From Sphingomonadales bacterium UBA656 (GTDB lineage: Bacteria > Pseudomonadota > Alphaproteobacteria > Sphingomonadales > Sphingomonadaceae): DNA of 64,000 nt. Below are positions 40,911-52,273 of this stretch, one piece after another. Location: assembly GCA_002299895.1 (NCBI GenBank), contig DBOC01000008.1, positions 112,090-176,089 on the forward strand, in the 5' to 3' direction. The notes under the pieces are model-generated. The model searched no databases and had not been told where the DNA came from. It saw nothing but the letters and a program-made list of their open reading frames with translations. The position numbers and the translations under genes were made by a program. The first letter of the stretch is position 1. Each line of letters opens with the position of its first letter.

Positions 40911-41863
40911 GGTCGCGGTGCGTTGGCTTCCAGAAAGCGATTGATCCGGGCGATACACTGGTCGCGGACAGGATCCGCCTCGCGTAACAATTCATGCGCG
41001 GCTTCCTTGCCGAAAATCAATGTTTCGGCATGCGGCAAACGTTTACTATCGGCGATTACGCGCGGCGTGCTCACCAATTGGTCGGCAGTGGTCGCGAGCA
41101 GCAAGATAGGCGTTTTAACAGCCTCTAAAAGGCCCGGCGCCTCCAACATGCGGATGGACGCAATCGCGCGTTCGATCCAATGCCAGCTTGGCGGCCCCAA
41201 TTTGACGTTGGGGCGCAATTTCCACCATGCGATTTCGTCTTCGTAACGATCATCATCATGGGTCAACATTTTGCCACGATGCTCCATCGGTGACATTGGT
41301 TTCTCGCTGACTTTCCAAGCGGCATCCTCGCCTTTGCCGATTTTGACCATCAGCTTGGCAAAAGCATGGTTCAAGGCCAATGGCAGCCCACCGGTCTGAA
41401 TGCCCAGCATAGGCGCGCTCAGCACGACCGCATCAGGGTCCATCGCCTTTTCTACCAAAGCACGCATGGCCAATTGCCCGCCCATGCTGTGCGCCATCAC
41501 GACATGAGGACCAGGCGTTTCTTGTTTCCAAGCCTTCCAAAAATGCCGCAGATCGGCAATCCATGTCGCGAAGTCATCGATATGGCCAATATGTGGATCC
41601 GCCAATAATCGGCCGGATTCACCCTGCCCGCGCCAATCGATGGCCGTCACGCGCCAGCCGGCATCGGCGTAATAGGCCAATGTCTCGAGATATTTCTCAT
41701 AATGGTCGCCACGACCCGGCAGGAACAATAACGATCCGCGCGGCGGGTTTGCGCCTTGCCAATCGATACGGCGAATGGCCCATTGGTCGGCGGCATGCCA
41801 TATGCTTTCCACGGCTTCCGCGGGGATTATGCGTCGGTTCATAGGTGTGTTGGATTTGGACAT
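40907..41863 (-). CDS. Alpha/beta hydrolase (lysophospholipase/PldB-like)
   Basis: PGRGDHYEKY, DWRGQGESGR, AHSMGG nucleophile elbow, HELLRE. Confidence 0.92.
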   Translation of the reverse strand: MSKSNTPMNRRIIPAEAVESIWHAADQWAIRRIDWQGANPPRGSLLFLPGRGDHYEKYLETLAYYADAGWRVTAIDWRGQGESGRLLADPHIGHIDDFATWIADLRHFWKAWKQETPGPHVVMAHSMGGQLAMRALVEKAMDPDAVVLSAPMLGIQTGGLPLALNHAFAKLMVKIGKGEDAAWKVSEKPMSPMEHRGKMLTHDDDRYEDEIAWWKLRPNVKLGPPSWHWIERAIASIRMLEAPGLLEAVKTPILLLATTADQLVSTPRVIADSKRLPHAETLIFGKEAAHELLREADPVRDQCIARINRFLEANAPRP

Positions 41864-41921
41864 GGCAGGCTTTCGTAAAATATGCGGTATGATATTAAAA
41901 TAGTGGTGTCTGCATGCCCCT

Positions 41922-42929
41922 TCAACTTTTGCGGACAGTCTGTTCAATAGCGCCAAAGATACTATGTCCGGCCGTGTCGAGCACTTCTATCCGCACGATG
42001 TCACCGTGCTTTAGAAATGGGGTTAGCATGTCGCCGGTCTGGATTTTTTCGACCATCCGCAATTCGGCCAAGCAGCTATAGCCAAGGCCTCCAGCGGCGA
42101 CGGGCTTACCGAGTCCACCATCGGCATCTCGGTTGGACACGGTGCCTGAGCCAATAATCGACCCCGCCCCGATGCTGCGCGTCTTGGCGAGATGCGCAAT
42201 CAAGGTTCCGAAATCAAACGTGCAGTCGTCCGAAGCCACCGCGCGTCCAAATGGCGCGCCATTAAGGTCAACATTCAAACTGCGATACAGCTTTCCGTCT
42301 TTCCAATAGTCCCCAAGGCTATCGGGCGTAACGAAAACGGGTGACAAAGCGCTTGCGGGTTTCGATTGGACAAAACCAAAGCCTTTTTCCAACTCGGCGG
42401 GAATCAGGTTGCGTAAGGACACATCGTTCACAAGCCCAACCAACCGGACATATGACAAGGCATCTTCCGCCGAAGTGCCTTGAGGCACATCACCCGTTAC
42501 GACAACAATTTCCGCCTCAAAGTCACAGCCCCAAGCCTCATCGGCCAAGGGAATAACGTCACGCGCGCCAAGAAATGCGTCCGAACCGCCTTGGTACATT
42601 AACGGATCATGCCAAAAGCTGTCGGGCAAGATAGCGCCCCGCGCTTTGCGGACCAATTCGACATGATTAACATAAGCCGAGCCGTCGGCCCATTGATAGG
42701 CGCGCGGCAAAGGTGCAGCGGCATCATGTTCATGGAAACGTTCGCGCGGAATGACCGCATGTTCCAAATCGGTTGCGAGCGCTTGCAATCGCGGCGCACA
42801 CTCTTCCCAATCATCTAGAGCGGCCTGTAAATTCGGCACAATATGCGCTGCATCCGCATACCAAGCAAGATTGTCCGACACGACAAGCAAATGTCCGTCA
42901 CGGCCCGACTTTAAGGATGCAAGTTTCAT
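41922..42929 (-). CDS. Fumarylacetoacetate hydrolase family protein
   Basis: MKLASLKSGRDG, YQWADGSAY, DFEAE, NDVSLRNL, QSKP, GSGTVSN. Confidence 0.93.
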   Translation of the reverse strand: MKLASLKSGRDGHLLVVSDNLAWYADAAHIVPNLQAALDDWEECAPRLQALATDLEHAVIPRERFHEHDAAAPLPRAYQWADGSAYVNHVELVRKARGAILPDSFWHDPLMYQGGSDAFLGARDVIPLADEAWGCDFEAEIVVVTGDVPQGTSAEDALSYVRLVGLVNDVSLRNLIPAELEKGFGFVQSKPASALSPVFVTPDSLGDYWKDGKLYRSLNVDLNGAPFGRAVASDDCTFDFGTLIAHLAKTRSIGAGSIIGSGTVSNRDADGGLGKPVAAGGLGYSCLAELRMVEKIQTGDMLTPFLKHGDIVRIEVLDTAGHSIFGAIEQTVRKS

Positions 42930-43029
42930 GGTCTTTCTCCGGCTTTGGACCTTCATGCAACGATATTGCAGTTGCAGCAACCGCAACTCTGCGTTTAGAC
43001 ATAGGGTCATGGCACATAAAAACGCCAAA

Positions 43030-43956
43030 ATGCGATTTGTACAGGCAGGAGCGATGGCGCTTTCGCTGCTGGTCACTGGTTCTGCCTATAGCCAGCAACA
43101 GAATTTTAACACGTTAGAAGCCGCAAAAAACGGCTGGTATGCCGAACAAAATCGGTCCGCGAGCTGGTATTTGGCGCAGCACAAGAAACTGTCTACCGCA
43201 ATCAACGCGTTGCAGCCGCAAAGGCCCGGCGTCGTTGACGCTTATGTGCTATCGATCGGCCTCGATTCCGACGCGGTCTTTGCGCGCGAATCTGCCGAAG
43301 CTGCGAAAATATTATCGCGGCGCTATGGGGCGGCAGGTCGTACTGTGCATCTTACCGCTGGCGGCGATGATAAGGCCACGGGCGCACCGCAAGGGTCACC
43401 TGCAAATCTCGCCACGGCCTTGGCCGCTATTGCCAACAAGATGGACACAAAAGAAGACGTCCTTGTGTTGTTTGCAACCAGCCATGGTGACCCCGTATCG
43501 GGCCTTGCCTATCGGGACGGGCAAAATGCCGCCGGCATGATAGCGCCCCAACGGCTGGCCAACTTGCTCGACGGGGTTGGCTTCAAACGCCGCATGGTCC
43601 TGCTGTCGGCCTGTTATTCGGGCATTTTCATTCCGCTTTTGACCAATGATCAGACAATTATCGTGACCGCAGCATCGTCGCAACGTCCTTCATTTGGCTG
43701 CGCGCCGGGCAATGACTGGACTTTTTTTGGTGATGCATTGATGAACCACGCCCTGCGCAAGCCGCAAAAATTTGACGCTGCGGTTGCGGAAGCCTTTGGG
43801 CTCATCACGCAATGGGAAGGTACGCTGGAACTCAAGCCATCGCGGCCGCAGGTTTTCGTCGGCGAAAATGCAAGGATCTGGCTCGAACTGCTAGAGAACA
43901 AGATGCCAATGACAGCCAGCGCAAAGGTAGGACGTCCTGCGATATCTTCCGACTGA
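43030..43956 (+). CDS. Exported C13 family (legumain-like) peptidase
   Basis: Signal peptide; LFATSHG (catalytic His-Gly) and SACYSG (catalytic Cys); RPSFGC, WTFFG. Start could be 43009. Confidence 0.85.
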   Translation: MRFVQAGAMALSLLVTGSAYSQQQNFNTLEAAKNGWYAEQNRSASWYLAQHKKLSTAINALQPQRPGVVDAYVLSIGLDSDAVFARESAEAAKILSRRYGAAGRTVHLTAGGDDKATGAPQGSPANLATALAAIANKMDTKEDVLVLFATSHGDPVSGLAYRDGQNAAGMIAPQRLANLLDGVGFKRRMVLLSACYSGIFIPLLTNDQTIIVTAASSQRPSFGCAPGNDWTFFGDALMNHALRKPQKFDAAVAEAFGLITQWEGTLELKPSRPQVFVGENARIWLELLENKMPMTASAKVGRPAISSD

Positions 43957-43969
43957 GAATATTGGGAAC

Positions 43970-44416
43970 TTAACCGAGCGCAGCAACGCGCTGACGCAAT
44001 TGCGCCAACATCGCTTCCAACATTTTTGCCTCACCGCTGCCTAATATCTTCTCCAGCTCAGCCTCTAACGCCAGCGCCTCCGGTACAATTTGGTCGTACA
44101 AATCGCGTCCGGCTGGCGTGAGAGCAAGATGATGTGACCGGCCATCCGACATGTTCGGCACACGGCTGATCAAGCGGCGGTCCTCCAACGCCTTGCACGC
44201 GCGATTTACGGTAACCTTGTCCATCGCAGTGGCCGCAACCAATTCCCGCTGCGTTGCCACATCACCCTCGCCCAACAAGGCCATGACTCGCCATTCCGGC
44301 ACCTTCAGCGCAAATTTTCCTCGATAAGCCCGCGCGATCAGGTCACTGACCGCGTTCGATGTGATCGATAATTGATAAGGCAAAAACGCACTGAGCTTTA
44401 GTTTTTGTCTTGGCAT
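43970..44416 (-). CDS. MarR family transcriptional regulator
   Basis: FLPYQLS, EWRVMALL, MDKVTVNRA, DGRSHHLALT; co-transcribed after maiA. Confidence 0.92.
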   Translation of the reverse strand: MPRQKLKLSAFLPYQLSITSNAVSDLIARAYRGKFALKVPEWRVMALLGEGDVATQRELVAATAMDKVTVNRACKALEDRRLISRVPNMSDGRSHHLALTPAGRDLYDQIVPEALALEAELEKILGSGEAKMLEAMLAQLRQRVAALG

Positions 44417-45048
44417 CAGTCGGGCTTCACTTGGTCAGGGTGCGCCGCCGCAAAAGCCGGAAGCGCAGTCAGCGCGGCATCGATCCGCAAAAGCTTCGGA
44501 AAGGCATCCAGCGGCGTATCCACGCGGCGGGCATTTGCCATCTGCGGAACCAGACAGACATCGGCCAAATTCGGCAACTCGCCGCCAAATAAGCCATTAT
44601 CGGGTGCCATGGCCTCCAATGCCGTGAAACCTTCGACTATCCAGTGTCGGTACCATTGGTCCACAGCCTCTTGCGATTGGCCCATCTCGTCCTTCAAATA
44701 TCGCAACACACGCAAATTATCGATCGGGTGTATGTCGGCAGCTATGATCAACGCCTGCGCCAATGTTTTGGCCCGATCCGCGGGTTTGGACGAAACCATC
44801 GCGGGGTCGGGATATTGGGCATCTAGATAATCAATGATTGCAAGGCTCTGCGTCAGGTCATGCCCGTCTATCGACAACATGGGCACAAAGCCTTGCGGAT
44901 TACGCGCCACATAATCGGGTTCCCGTTGTGCATTGTCTAGCAGGCTGGTGGGCACGCGCGTGTACGGCACATTTTTAAGGTTCAGCACAATGCGCACACG
45001 ATAGCTTGCGGACGAACGCCAGTAATCAAAAAGGATTATCTCACTCAT
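44416..45048 (-). CDS. maiA: Maleylacetoacetate isomerase (GST zeta)
   Basis: YWRSSASYRVRI, NPQGFVP, QSLAIIDYL, DIHP, LADVCLVPQ. Confidence 0.95.
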   Translation of the reverse strand: MSEIILFDYWRSSASYRVRIVLNLKNVPYTRVPTSLLDNAQREPDYVARNPQGFVPMLSIDGHDLTQSLAIIDYLDAQYPDPAMVSSKPADRAKTLAQALIIAADIHPIDNLRVLRYLKDEMGQSQEAVDQWYRHWIVEGFTALEAMAPDNGLFGGELPNLADVCLVPQMANARRVDTPLDAFPKLLRIDAALTALPAFAAAHPDQVKPD

Positions 45049-45141
45049 ATTTCGGCAGTTAGCATGGCAAAGACAAAAGGCAAAAGCATTGCAGCTTGCG
45101 CATTGGCCGTTTATGTCGCTTTTCTAACCAAAGGACATCAT

Positions 45142-45561
45142 ATGCAGCACGCTAAAACATGGATGATCGCAGCCGCAATATGCGCGGCAATTCCGGCGCA
45201 AGCCGCCGCGCCAATTTCCGGGCGCTGGATAACGCAAAGTAAAGATGGCGTTGTCGAAGTGTACCAATGTGGTGCAGCATTATGTGGAAAGCTGGTAAAG
45301 TTTCTCGTTAACCCGCCTGCTGGTGCAGGTGCGAAGGACGTGAACAATCCCGATAAGGCGCTTCGCAACCGGACGATATTGGGCATGAATGTCCTGACCG
45401 GTTTCAAATCCGACGGCAAAGAATGGAAAGGCCAGATTTACGATCCGAAATCCGGCAAAACCTATCGCTCGATCGTTTATAAGGGCCAGTCAGGCAATCT
45501 TGTGGTCAAAGGATGTATCGGACCCTTTTGTCAGGCGCAGACATGGACACCCGCTGGCTAA
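45142..45561 (+). CDS. DUF2147 family exported protein
   Basis: Signal peptide; GRWIT, DVNNPD..LRNR.ILG, GQIYDPKSGKTY, GCIGPFC. Confidence 0.9.
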   Translation: MQHAKTWMIAAAICAAIPAQAAAPISGRWITQSKDGVVEVYQCGAALCGKLVKFLVNPPAGAGAKDVNNPDKALRNRTILGMNVLTGFKSDGKEWKGQIYDPKSGKTYRSIVYKGQSGNLVVKGCIGPFCQAQTWTPAG

Positions 45562-45598
45562 ACTCCAGTACCGCTTACACCAGCCTTCGCGGCGTCTA

Positions 45599-46456
45599 TT
45601 AAGCGCGTAACTTCCATCCGGAACGCAGCAAAAGATAACAGATTAGCCCCAGCACTGCATTGAGTGCGAGCAAGAGCAATGCGCCAAACATCACGGGGCT
45701 ATCCGCGTTGCCGATAAAGCCATAACGGAAGCCCGAAATTGCGTAGAAAAACGGGTTAGCGTGGCTTATCGCTTGAAAAGTGGGTGATAATTTATCGACC
45801 GAGTAAAAAGTGCCAGACAGCAATGCTGCGGGTGCCACTACGAAATTGCTGACCGCAGCTGCATGATCGAATTTCTCCGCCCAGATTGAGGTCATGACCC
45901 CGATAAGCGCAAGCATCATCGAGCCCATCAGTCCGAACCACAAAACCGCCCAGAAATGTTCAGGTGTCACGTGGACGCCAGGCCAAAATACCATTGCGAG
46001 CCAAATAGTTCCACCAACCAGAAATGCCCGTGTCACTGAAGCCGCCGTAAGCGCGGCCAAAACTTCTGCATTGGAAAGCGGCGGCATCAGATAATCCACA
46101 ATCGTGCCCTGAATCTTACCGACCAACAACGAGAAGCTCGAGTTCGCGAACGCGTTCTGCATCATGCCCATGATGATTAAGCCAGGGGCGATAAAATCCG
46201 CAAACGACACGCCCAAAACGGTTGGCTTGACGGAACCCAAGGCCACCGTGAAGATAATCAGATAGAGCAAGGTCGTGATGGACGGGGCCCATACGGTTTG
46301 CAGCTGCACCTTGAAAAAGCGGCGCACCTCTTTCATGTACAAAGTTTGCAGGCCGACCCAGTTTACATTGCGGATATGGCGTTCGCCGTCAGGCAGTTGC
46401 ACAAGGGGGTTGGCATCCCTATCTTGTCCGGTGTTGCTTTTATGGTGGATAGTCAT
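45599..46456 (-). CDS. ABC-2 type transporter permease
   Basis: KEVRRFFKV, FIAPGLIIM, LLSGTFYS, NPFFYAISGFRYG. Start uncertain. Confidence 0.9.
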   Translation of the reverse strand: MTIHHKSNTGQDRDANPLVQLPDGERHIRNVNWVGLQTLYMKEVRRFFKVQLQTVWAPSITTLLYLIIFTVALGSVKPTVLGVSFADFIAPGLIIMGMMQNAFANSSFSLLVGKIQGTIVDYLMPPLSNAEVLAALTAASVTRAFLVGGTIWLAMVFWPGVHVTPEHFWAVLWFGLMGSMMLALIGVMTSIWAEKFDHAAAVSNFVVAPAALLSGTFYSVDKLSPTFQAISHANPFFYAISGFRYGFIGNADSPVMFGALLLLALNAVLGLICYLLLRSGWKLRA

Positions 46457-46547
46457 CGCGCAATCGACTATCGGCTTGCAACGATAACCGCAAGGCGCAA
46501 TCGCGTCATTCAAGCGGCAAATAAAACTCGTTATTGGAATTGCATTT

Positions 46548-47219
46548 ATGTCGTGGACCGACCAGCGGATTGATCAGTTAAAGGCCCTTTGGGACAAAGG
46601 CCTGACCGCAAGCCAGATTGCAGATGAGCTTGGCGGCGTCAGCCGCAATGCCGTTATTGGTAAGGCGCACCGTTTGGGCCTAAAATCGCGCCCTTCGCCT
46701 GTAAAGTCCAACGACTCTGATAAAAAAGCTGCGCCGAAAAAGGCTGCACCTGCCCCTGCAAAGGCGCCTGCCGCCGCTGCGCCAGCGCGCCCGCGTCCAT
46801 CCGCACCGCCGGCTGAATCCATTGCCCCTGCGCGCGCTGACGATGATATCGCAGAAACGCCCGCAACCCGCGCATCAGCAATGCCGCGCATCGTATCGAT
46901 CGGACCGGGCGGCTTCATGCGTCAGGGTCCCGGCGACCAACAAGCACCCATCCCACCTGCACCGCCTCGCCGCCTTGTGCCCGCAAAGCCAAGCCCCGAA
47001 ATGGCGGACAAGACCTCTTTGCTCGATTTGAACGAGCGCATTTGCCGCTGGCCGCTTGGCCACCCTGGTGAGGCGGATTTCCATTTCTGCGGTGTACCTG
47101 TGAACCCGGGCTTCCCATATTGCGTCGAACATTGCGGCCGTGCCTATCAGGCGCAGCTTCCACGCGGTGTGCGCCGCCCTCCACCCCCCATGCCATTTGG
47201 CGGCCCACGGGTTCGTTAA
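46548..47219 (+). CDS. gcrA: Cell-cycle regulator GcrA
   Basis: MSWTDQRIDQLKALWDKGLTASQIADELGGVSRNAVIGKAHRLGL; C-terminal CRWPLGHP...FHFCG...YCVEH. Confidence 0.96.
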   Translation: MSWTDQRIDQLKALWDKGLTASQIADELGGVSRNAVIGKAHRLGLKSRPSPVKSNDSDKKAAPKKAAPAPAKAPAAAAPARPRPSAPPAESIAPARADDDIAETPATRASAMPRIVSIGPGGFMRQGPGDQQAPIPPAPPRRLVPAKPSPEMADKTSLLDLNERICRWPLGHPGEADFHFCGVPVNPGFPYCVEHCGRAYQAQLPRGVRRPPPPMPFGGPRVR

Positions 47220-47238
47220 GACAGAGGCGAGATAAAGC

Positions 47239-47622
47239 ATGGATCATCCATTTGCTGATCTCATCGGGTTAACAGTAGAAAAACAAGGTGACGGCAGCAG
47301 CACGCTTTTGCTGCCGGTTGATAGCCGACATTTGAATCCACACGGCGTTGTGCATGGCGCTGTCATTTACGCTATGGCGGACACTGGCATGGGCGCTGCG
47401 CTATATTCAGTGCTTGATGCCGGATATGCGTGCGCGACAATTGACATCTCGATTAGCTATTTTCGGCCAGTCGTGGACGGTCAGTTGCTGTGCCAAACCG
47501 TTTTGGAAAATAAGGGTCGAACCGTTGCCCATTTAACCGCCCGCATCACACAGAATGACAAGTTGGTTGGGCAAGCGAGCGGTAACTTTGCCATTATATC
47601 CGCGCCTTTGGAAAGACGCTGA
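47239..47622 (+). CDS. PaaI family thioesterase
   Basis: NPHGVVHGAVIYAMADTGMG hotdog-fold motif. Confidence 0.92.
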   Translation: MDHPFADLIGLTVEKQGDGSSTLLLPVDSRHLNPHGVVHGAVIYAMADTGMGAALYSVLDAGYACATIDISISYFRPVVDGQLLCQTVLENKGRTVAHLTARITQNDKLVGQASGNFAIISAPLERR

Positions 47623-49683
<2,061 letters not shown>

Positions 49684-49728
49684 TGGAAGTGGGCCCCCTT
49701 CCCATGAAAGTTGCCCTAGCCGCTCCCT

Positions 49729-49817
49729 CGTCACCCTGAACTTGTTTCAGGGTCTATCGTGTAGCAAGAACGCACCTCGAAAGGCGGAATGGACCCTGAA
49801 CCAAGTTCAGAGTGGCG
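49729..49817. repeat. CGTC-tagged double-hairpin repeat, copy 3
   Basis: CGTCACCCTGAACTTGTTTCAGGGTCTAT - 31 nt - ATGGACCCTGAACCAAGTTCAGAGTGGCG; lies between convergent parE and lysR. Confidence 0.88.
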
Positions 49818-49828
49818 ATGAGCCTTAA

Positions 49829-50620
49829 CTACGCCGTAAGCGCCTCCACCAGCGCCTTGACCTTTTTTTGTCGCCATTGCGGCAAGGGGGCGACCAACCA
49901 ATAAGCTTCATCGCTTTCCTTTGCATTATCGACAGCGCGTACTTTGCCGTTGGCGATGTCAGCGTCGGCTAAAAGCAGTGGCACGGTCGCCCTGCCCAAC
50001 CCAATAGCAGCCGCGTCAATCGCAAGGCCGGCATCGGCCAACCGCAACGCGGCGACATTATTGTCCACGGGGCAATTGGGCCAGCTAATCTGTGTCTCCG
50101 CGCCGCCCTCTGGCGCAGCGACAGTGACATAAGCGCCGGCCGCCAAGCAGATCCCTTCATGTTCTCCCGGCCCCGTGGTCAGACGGATGGCGAGGTCCAG
50201 ATTGGCCTCGGTAAAATTCACATCTTCATCCGCCGCAACCAAATTAAATCGGGTGTCGGGATTTTCCTTGCTAAAGCTTGCGAGACGCGCCGCCAGCCAT
50301 TTGGCGGTAAAATCACGCGGTGCGGCAATGGTTAGCGCATTGGACGACTGCCCCGCCTGCATCGCACGGACCGACTCTTCAAACTGCAAAAAGCCTGCGC
50401 GCAAGGCATCAAGGCCGTTTGCGGCTTCGTCAGTCAGTTCAAGTCCCTTGGGCGTGCGGCGGAACAGCACAACGCCCAACATATCCTCCAGCGCGCGGAT
50501 TTGCTGACCTACCGCAGCAGGTGTCACGGCAAGTTCGTCCGCGGCTTTCGTAAAGCTCAAATGCCGCGCGGCGGCATCAAGGACACGCAAACCGTTAAGG
50601 GGGAGATGGGTACGCTTCAT
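49829..50620 (-). CDS. LysR family regulator (GcvA-like HTH, short 263 aa)
   Basis: LPLNGLRVLDAAARHLSFTKAADELAVTPAAVGQQIRALE; DLAIR. Confidence 0.92.
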   Translation of the reverse strand: MKRTHLPLNGLRVLDAAARHLSFTKAADELAVTPAAVGQQIRALEDMLGVVLFRRTPKGLELTDEAANGLDALRAGFLQFEESVRAMQAGQSSNALTIAAPRDFTAKWLAARLASFSKENPDTRFNLVAADEDVNFTEANLDLAIRLTTGPGEHEGICLAAGAYVTVAAPEGGAETQISWPNCPVDNNVAALRLADAGLAIDAAAIGLGRATVPLLLADADIANGKVRAVDNAKESDEAYWLVAPLPQWRQKKVKALVEALTA

Positions 50621-50630
50621 TCGCCTAAGC

Positions 50631-51041
50631 TCATCGCGCTGTGACCGGTGCCACCAGCGTAAAGCAGGGGATGTCCGCCAGAAAGGTCGAGCCATCCTCG
50701 CGCACAAAACGATATTTCCCCTCCATCGTACCGCTGGGCGTAGGTAATGGGCAGCCGGAGACATAATCATGGCTCTCGCCAGGGCGGAGAACCGGTTGTT
50801 CGCCAACCACCCCGTCGCCATCGACATGGTTAATTGTGCCGCGACCATCGGTGATCCGCCAATGCCGCGTGATCAATTGCACGGGTTCTTCACCGCCATT
50901 TTCGATGCGAATATGATAGGACCAGAACCAGCGTCCTTGCGCGGGGGCAGATTGATCCACCAAAAAATTTGGCGCGACGCGCACAGTGATACCCTCGGTC
51001 GTGGCGCTGGCCGCGAAGAAGGAATCCAATATGCTGGTCAC
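50631..51041 (-). CDS. apaG: ApaG protein
   Basis: YHIRIEN, QLITRHWRITD, GVVGEQPVL, YVSGCPLPTPSGTMEG. Confidence 0.97.
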   Translation of the reverse strand: MTSILDSFFAASATTEGITVRVAPNFLVDQSAPAQGRWFWSYHIRIENGGEEPVQLITRHWRITDGRGTINHVDGDGVVGEQPVLRPGESHDYVSGCPLPTPSGTMEGKYRFVREDGSTFLADIPCFTLVAPVTAR

Positions 51042-52246
51042 AAACCAGCCGCCTTTAGCGCCTGATCCAGATCTTCGATAAGATCAGCGGGGTCTTCCAG
51101 ACCGACATTGATGCGGATCATGCCTTCGCCAACGCCCATCGCCTCGCGGGCTTCGGGCCCCATGCCATGGTGGGTGGAGGATGCGGGGTGGCACATCAAG
51201 CTGCGTGCATCGCCAATATTGTTTGAAATATCAATCAACTGCAACCCGTTCAGCAACGCATGTGCTTGTTTACGGCCACCATCGACCTCGAAAGCAAATA
51301 TCGGTCCACAGGCCTTCATCTGGTGCATCGCAAGATTGTGCTGCGGATGGCTCGGTAGACCGGGGTGCATGATGTGAGGCACGCGGCCCTCAAGGAATTT
51401 CCCCACTGCCAGAGCGTTCTCTGACTGCCGCATGGCGCGCAGCTCCAAAGTCTCAAGGCCCTTATGCACGACCCACGCGTTGAAGGGCGACAAATTGGGC
51501 CCCGTGTTGCGCTGAAACGGCAACAAAACCTCATCCATCCATTTTTGCGAAGCGCAGACGGCGCCTGCCAAGACGCGGCCCTGTCCGTCCATCAACTTGG
51601 TCGCGCTATACGCCACAACGTCGGCGCCAAAGTCCATCGGCCGTTGCAGCACGCTTGTCGCAAACGCGTTATCAACCACCGTTGTAATGCCATGTTCTTT
51701 CGCCAGACCGCAGACATAGGCCATATCGACAATGTCCATGGTCGGGTTTGCAGGCGTTTCAAAGAAGAACACCTTCGTGTTTGGTTGAATCGCCGCCTTC
51801 CACGCGTCATTGTCACGGCTGTCGATAGTCGTTGTGGTGATGCCCCATTTAGGAAGCAGATTGTCTGTCAACCAGCGGCAAGAACCGAACGCGGCGCGCG
51901 CGGCAACGACATGGTCGCCCATTTGCAACTGGCATAACAACGCCGTGGTCATCGCCGCCATGCCTGTGGCTTGAGCGCGGCAAGCCTCTGCCCCTTCCAT
52001 CAGCGCAATGCGTTCTTCGAGCATTTGCACCGTCGGGTTCTGCAACCGCGAATAGGTCATGCCATCCTGTTCACCGGCAAAGCGCGCAGCAACGGTTTCG
52101 GCATCGTCATAGGTAAAGCCCGAAGACAGGAATAACGCCTCAGACGTTTCGCCATGCTCGCTACGCCAAGTGCCACCGCGCACCGCTTGGGTGGCAGGAC
52201 GCCAATGCCGGGTTATTTCACGATTCTGGCCAGTATTTTTCTTCAT
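51038..52246 (-). CDS. metZ: O-succinylhomoserine sulfhydrylase
   Basis: YSRLQNPT, ETPANP, VVDNAF, YSATKLMDGQGRV (PLP Lys), SNNIGDARS. Confidence 0.93.
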   Translation of the reverse strand: MKKNTGQNREITRHWRPATQAVRGGTWRSEHGETSEALFLSSGFTYDDAETVAARFAGEQDGMTYSRLQNPTVQMLEERIALMEGAEACRAQATGMAAMTTALLCQLQMGDHVVAARAAFGSCRWLTDNLLPKWGITTTTIDSRDNDAWKAAIQPNTKVFFFETPANPTMDIVDMAYVCGLAKEHGITTVVDNAFATSVLQRPMDFGADVVAYSATKLMDGQGRVLAGAVCASQKWMDEVLLPFQRNTGPNLSPFNAWVVHKGLETLELRAMRQSENALAVGKFLEGRVPHIMHPGLPSHPQHNLAMHQMKACGPIFAFEVDGGRKQAHALLNGLQLIDISNNIGDARSLMCHPASSTHHGMGPEAREAMGVGEGMIRINVGLEDPADLIEDLDQALKAAGL

Positions 52247-52273
52247 AAGATCGCTTTTCGGGGAGAGCAGGGT

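Noticed and set aside
46457-46547. CtrA or DnaA boxes upstream of gcrA
   Set aside because: No TTAA-N7-TTAA or convincing TTATCCACA; only an AATAA-N6-TTATT inverted repeat of unknown meaning.
52247-52273. SAM riboswitch upstream of metZ
   Set aside because: Only 27 bp separate leuB and metZ, with no room or recognisable SAM-II/SAM-SAH motif.
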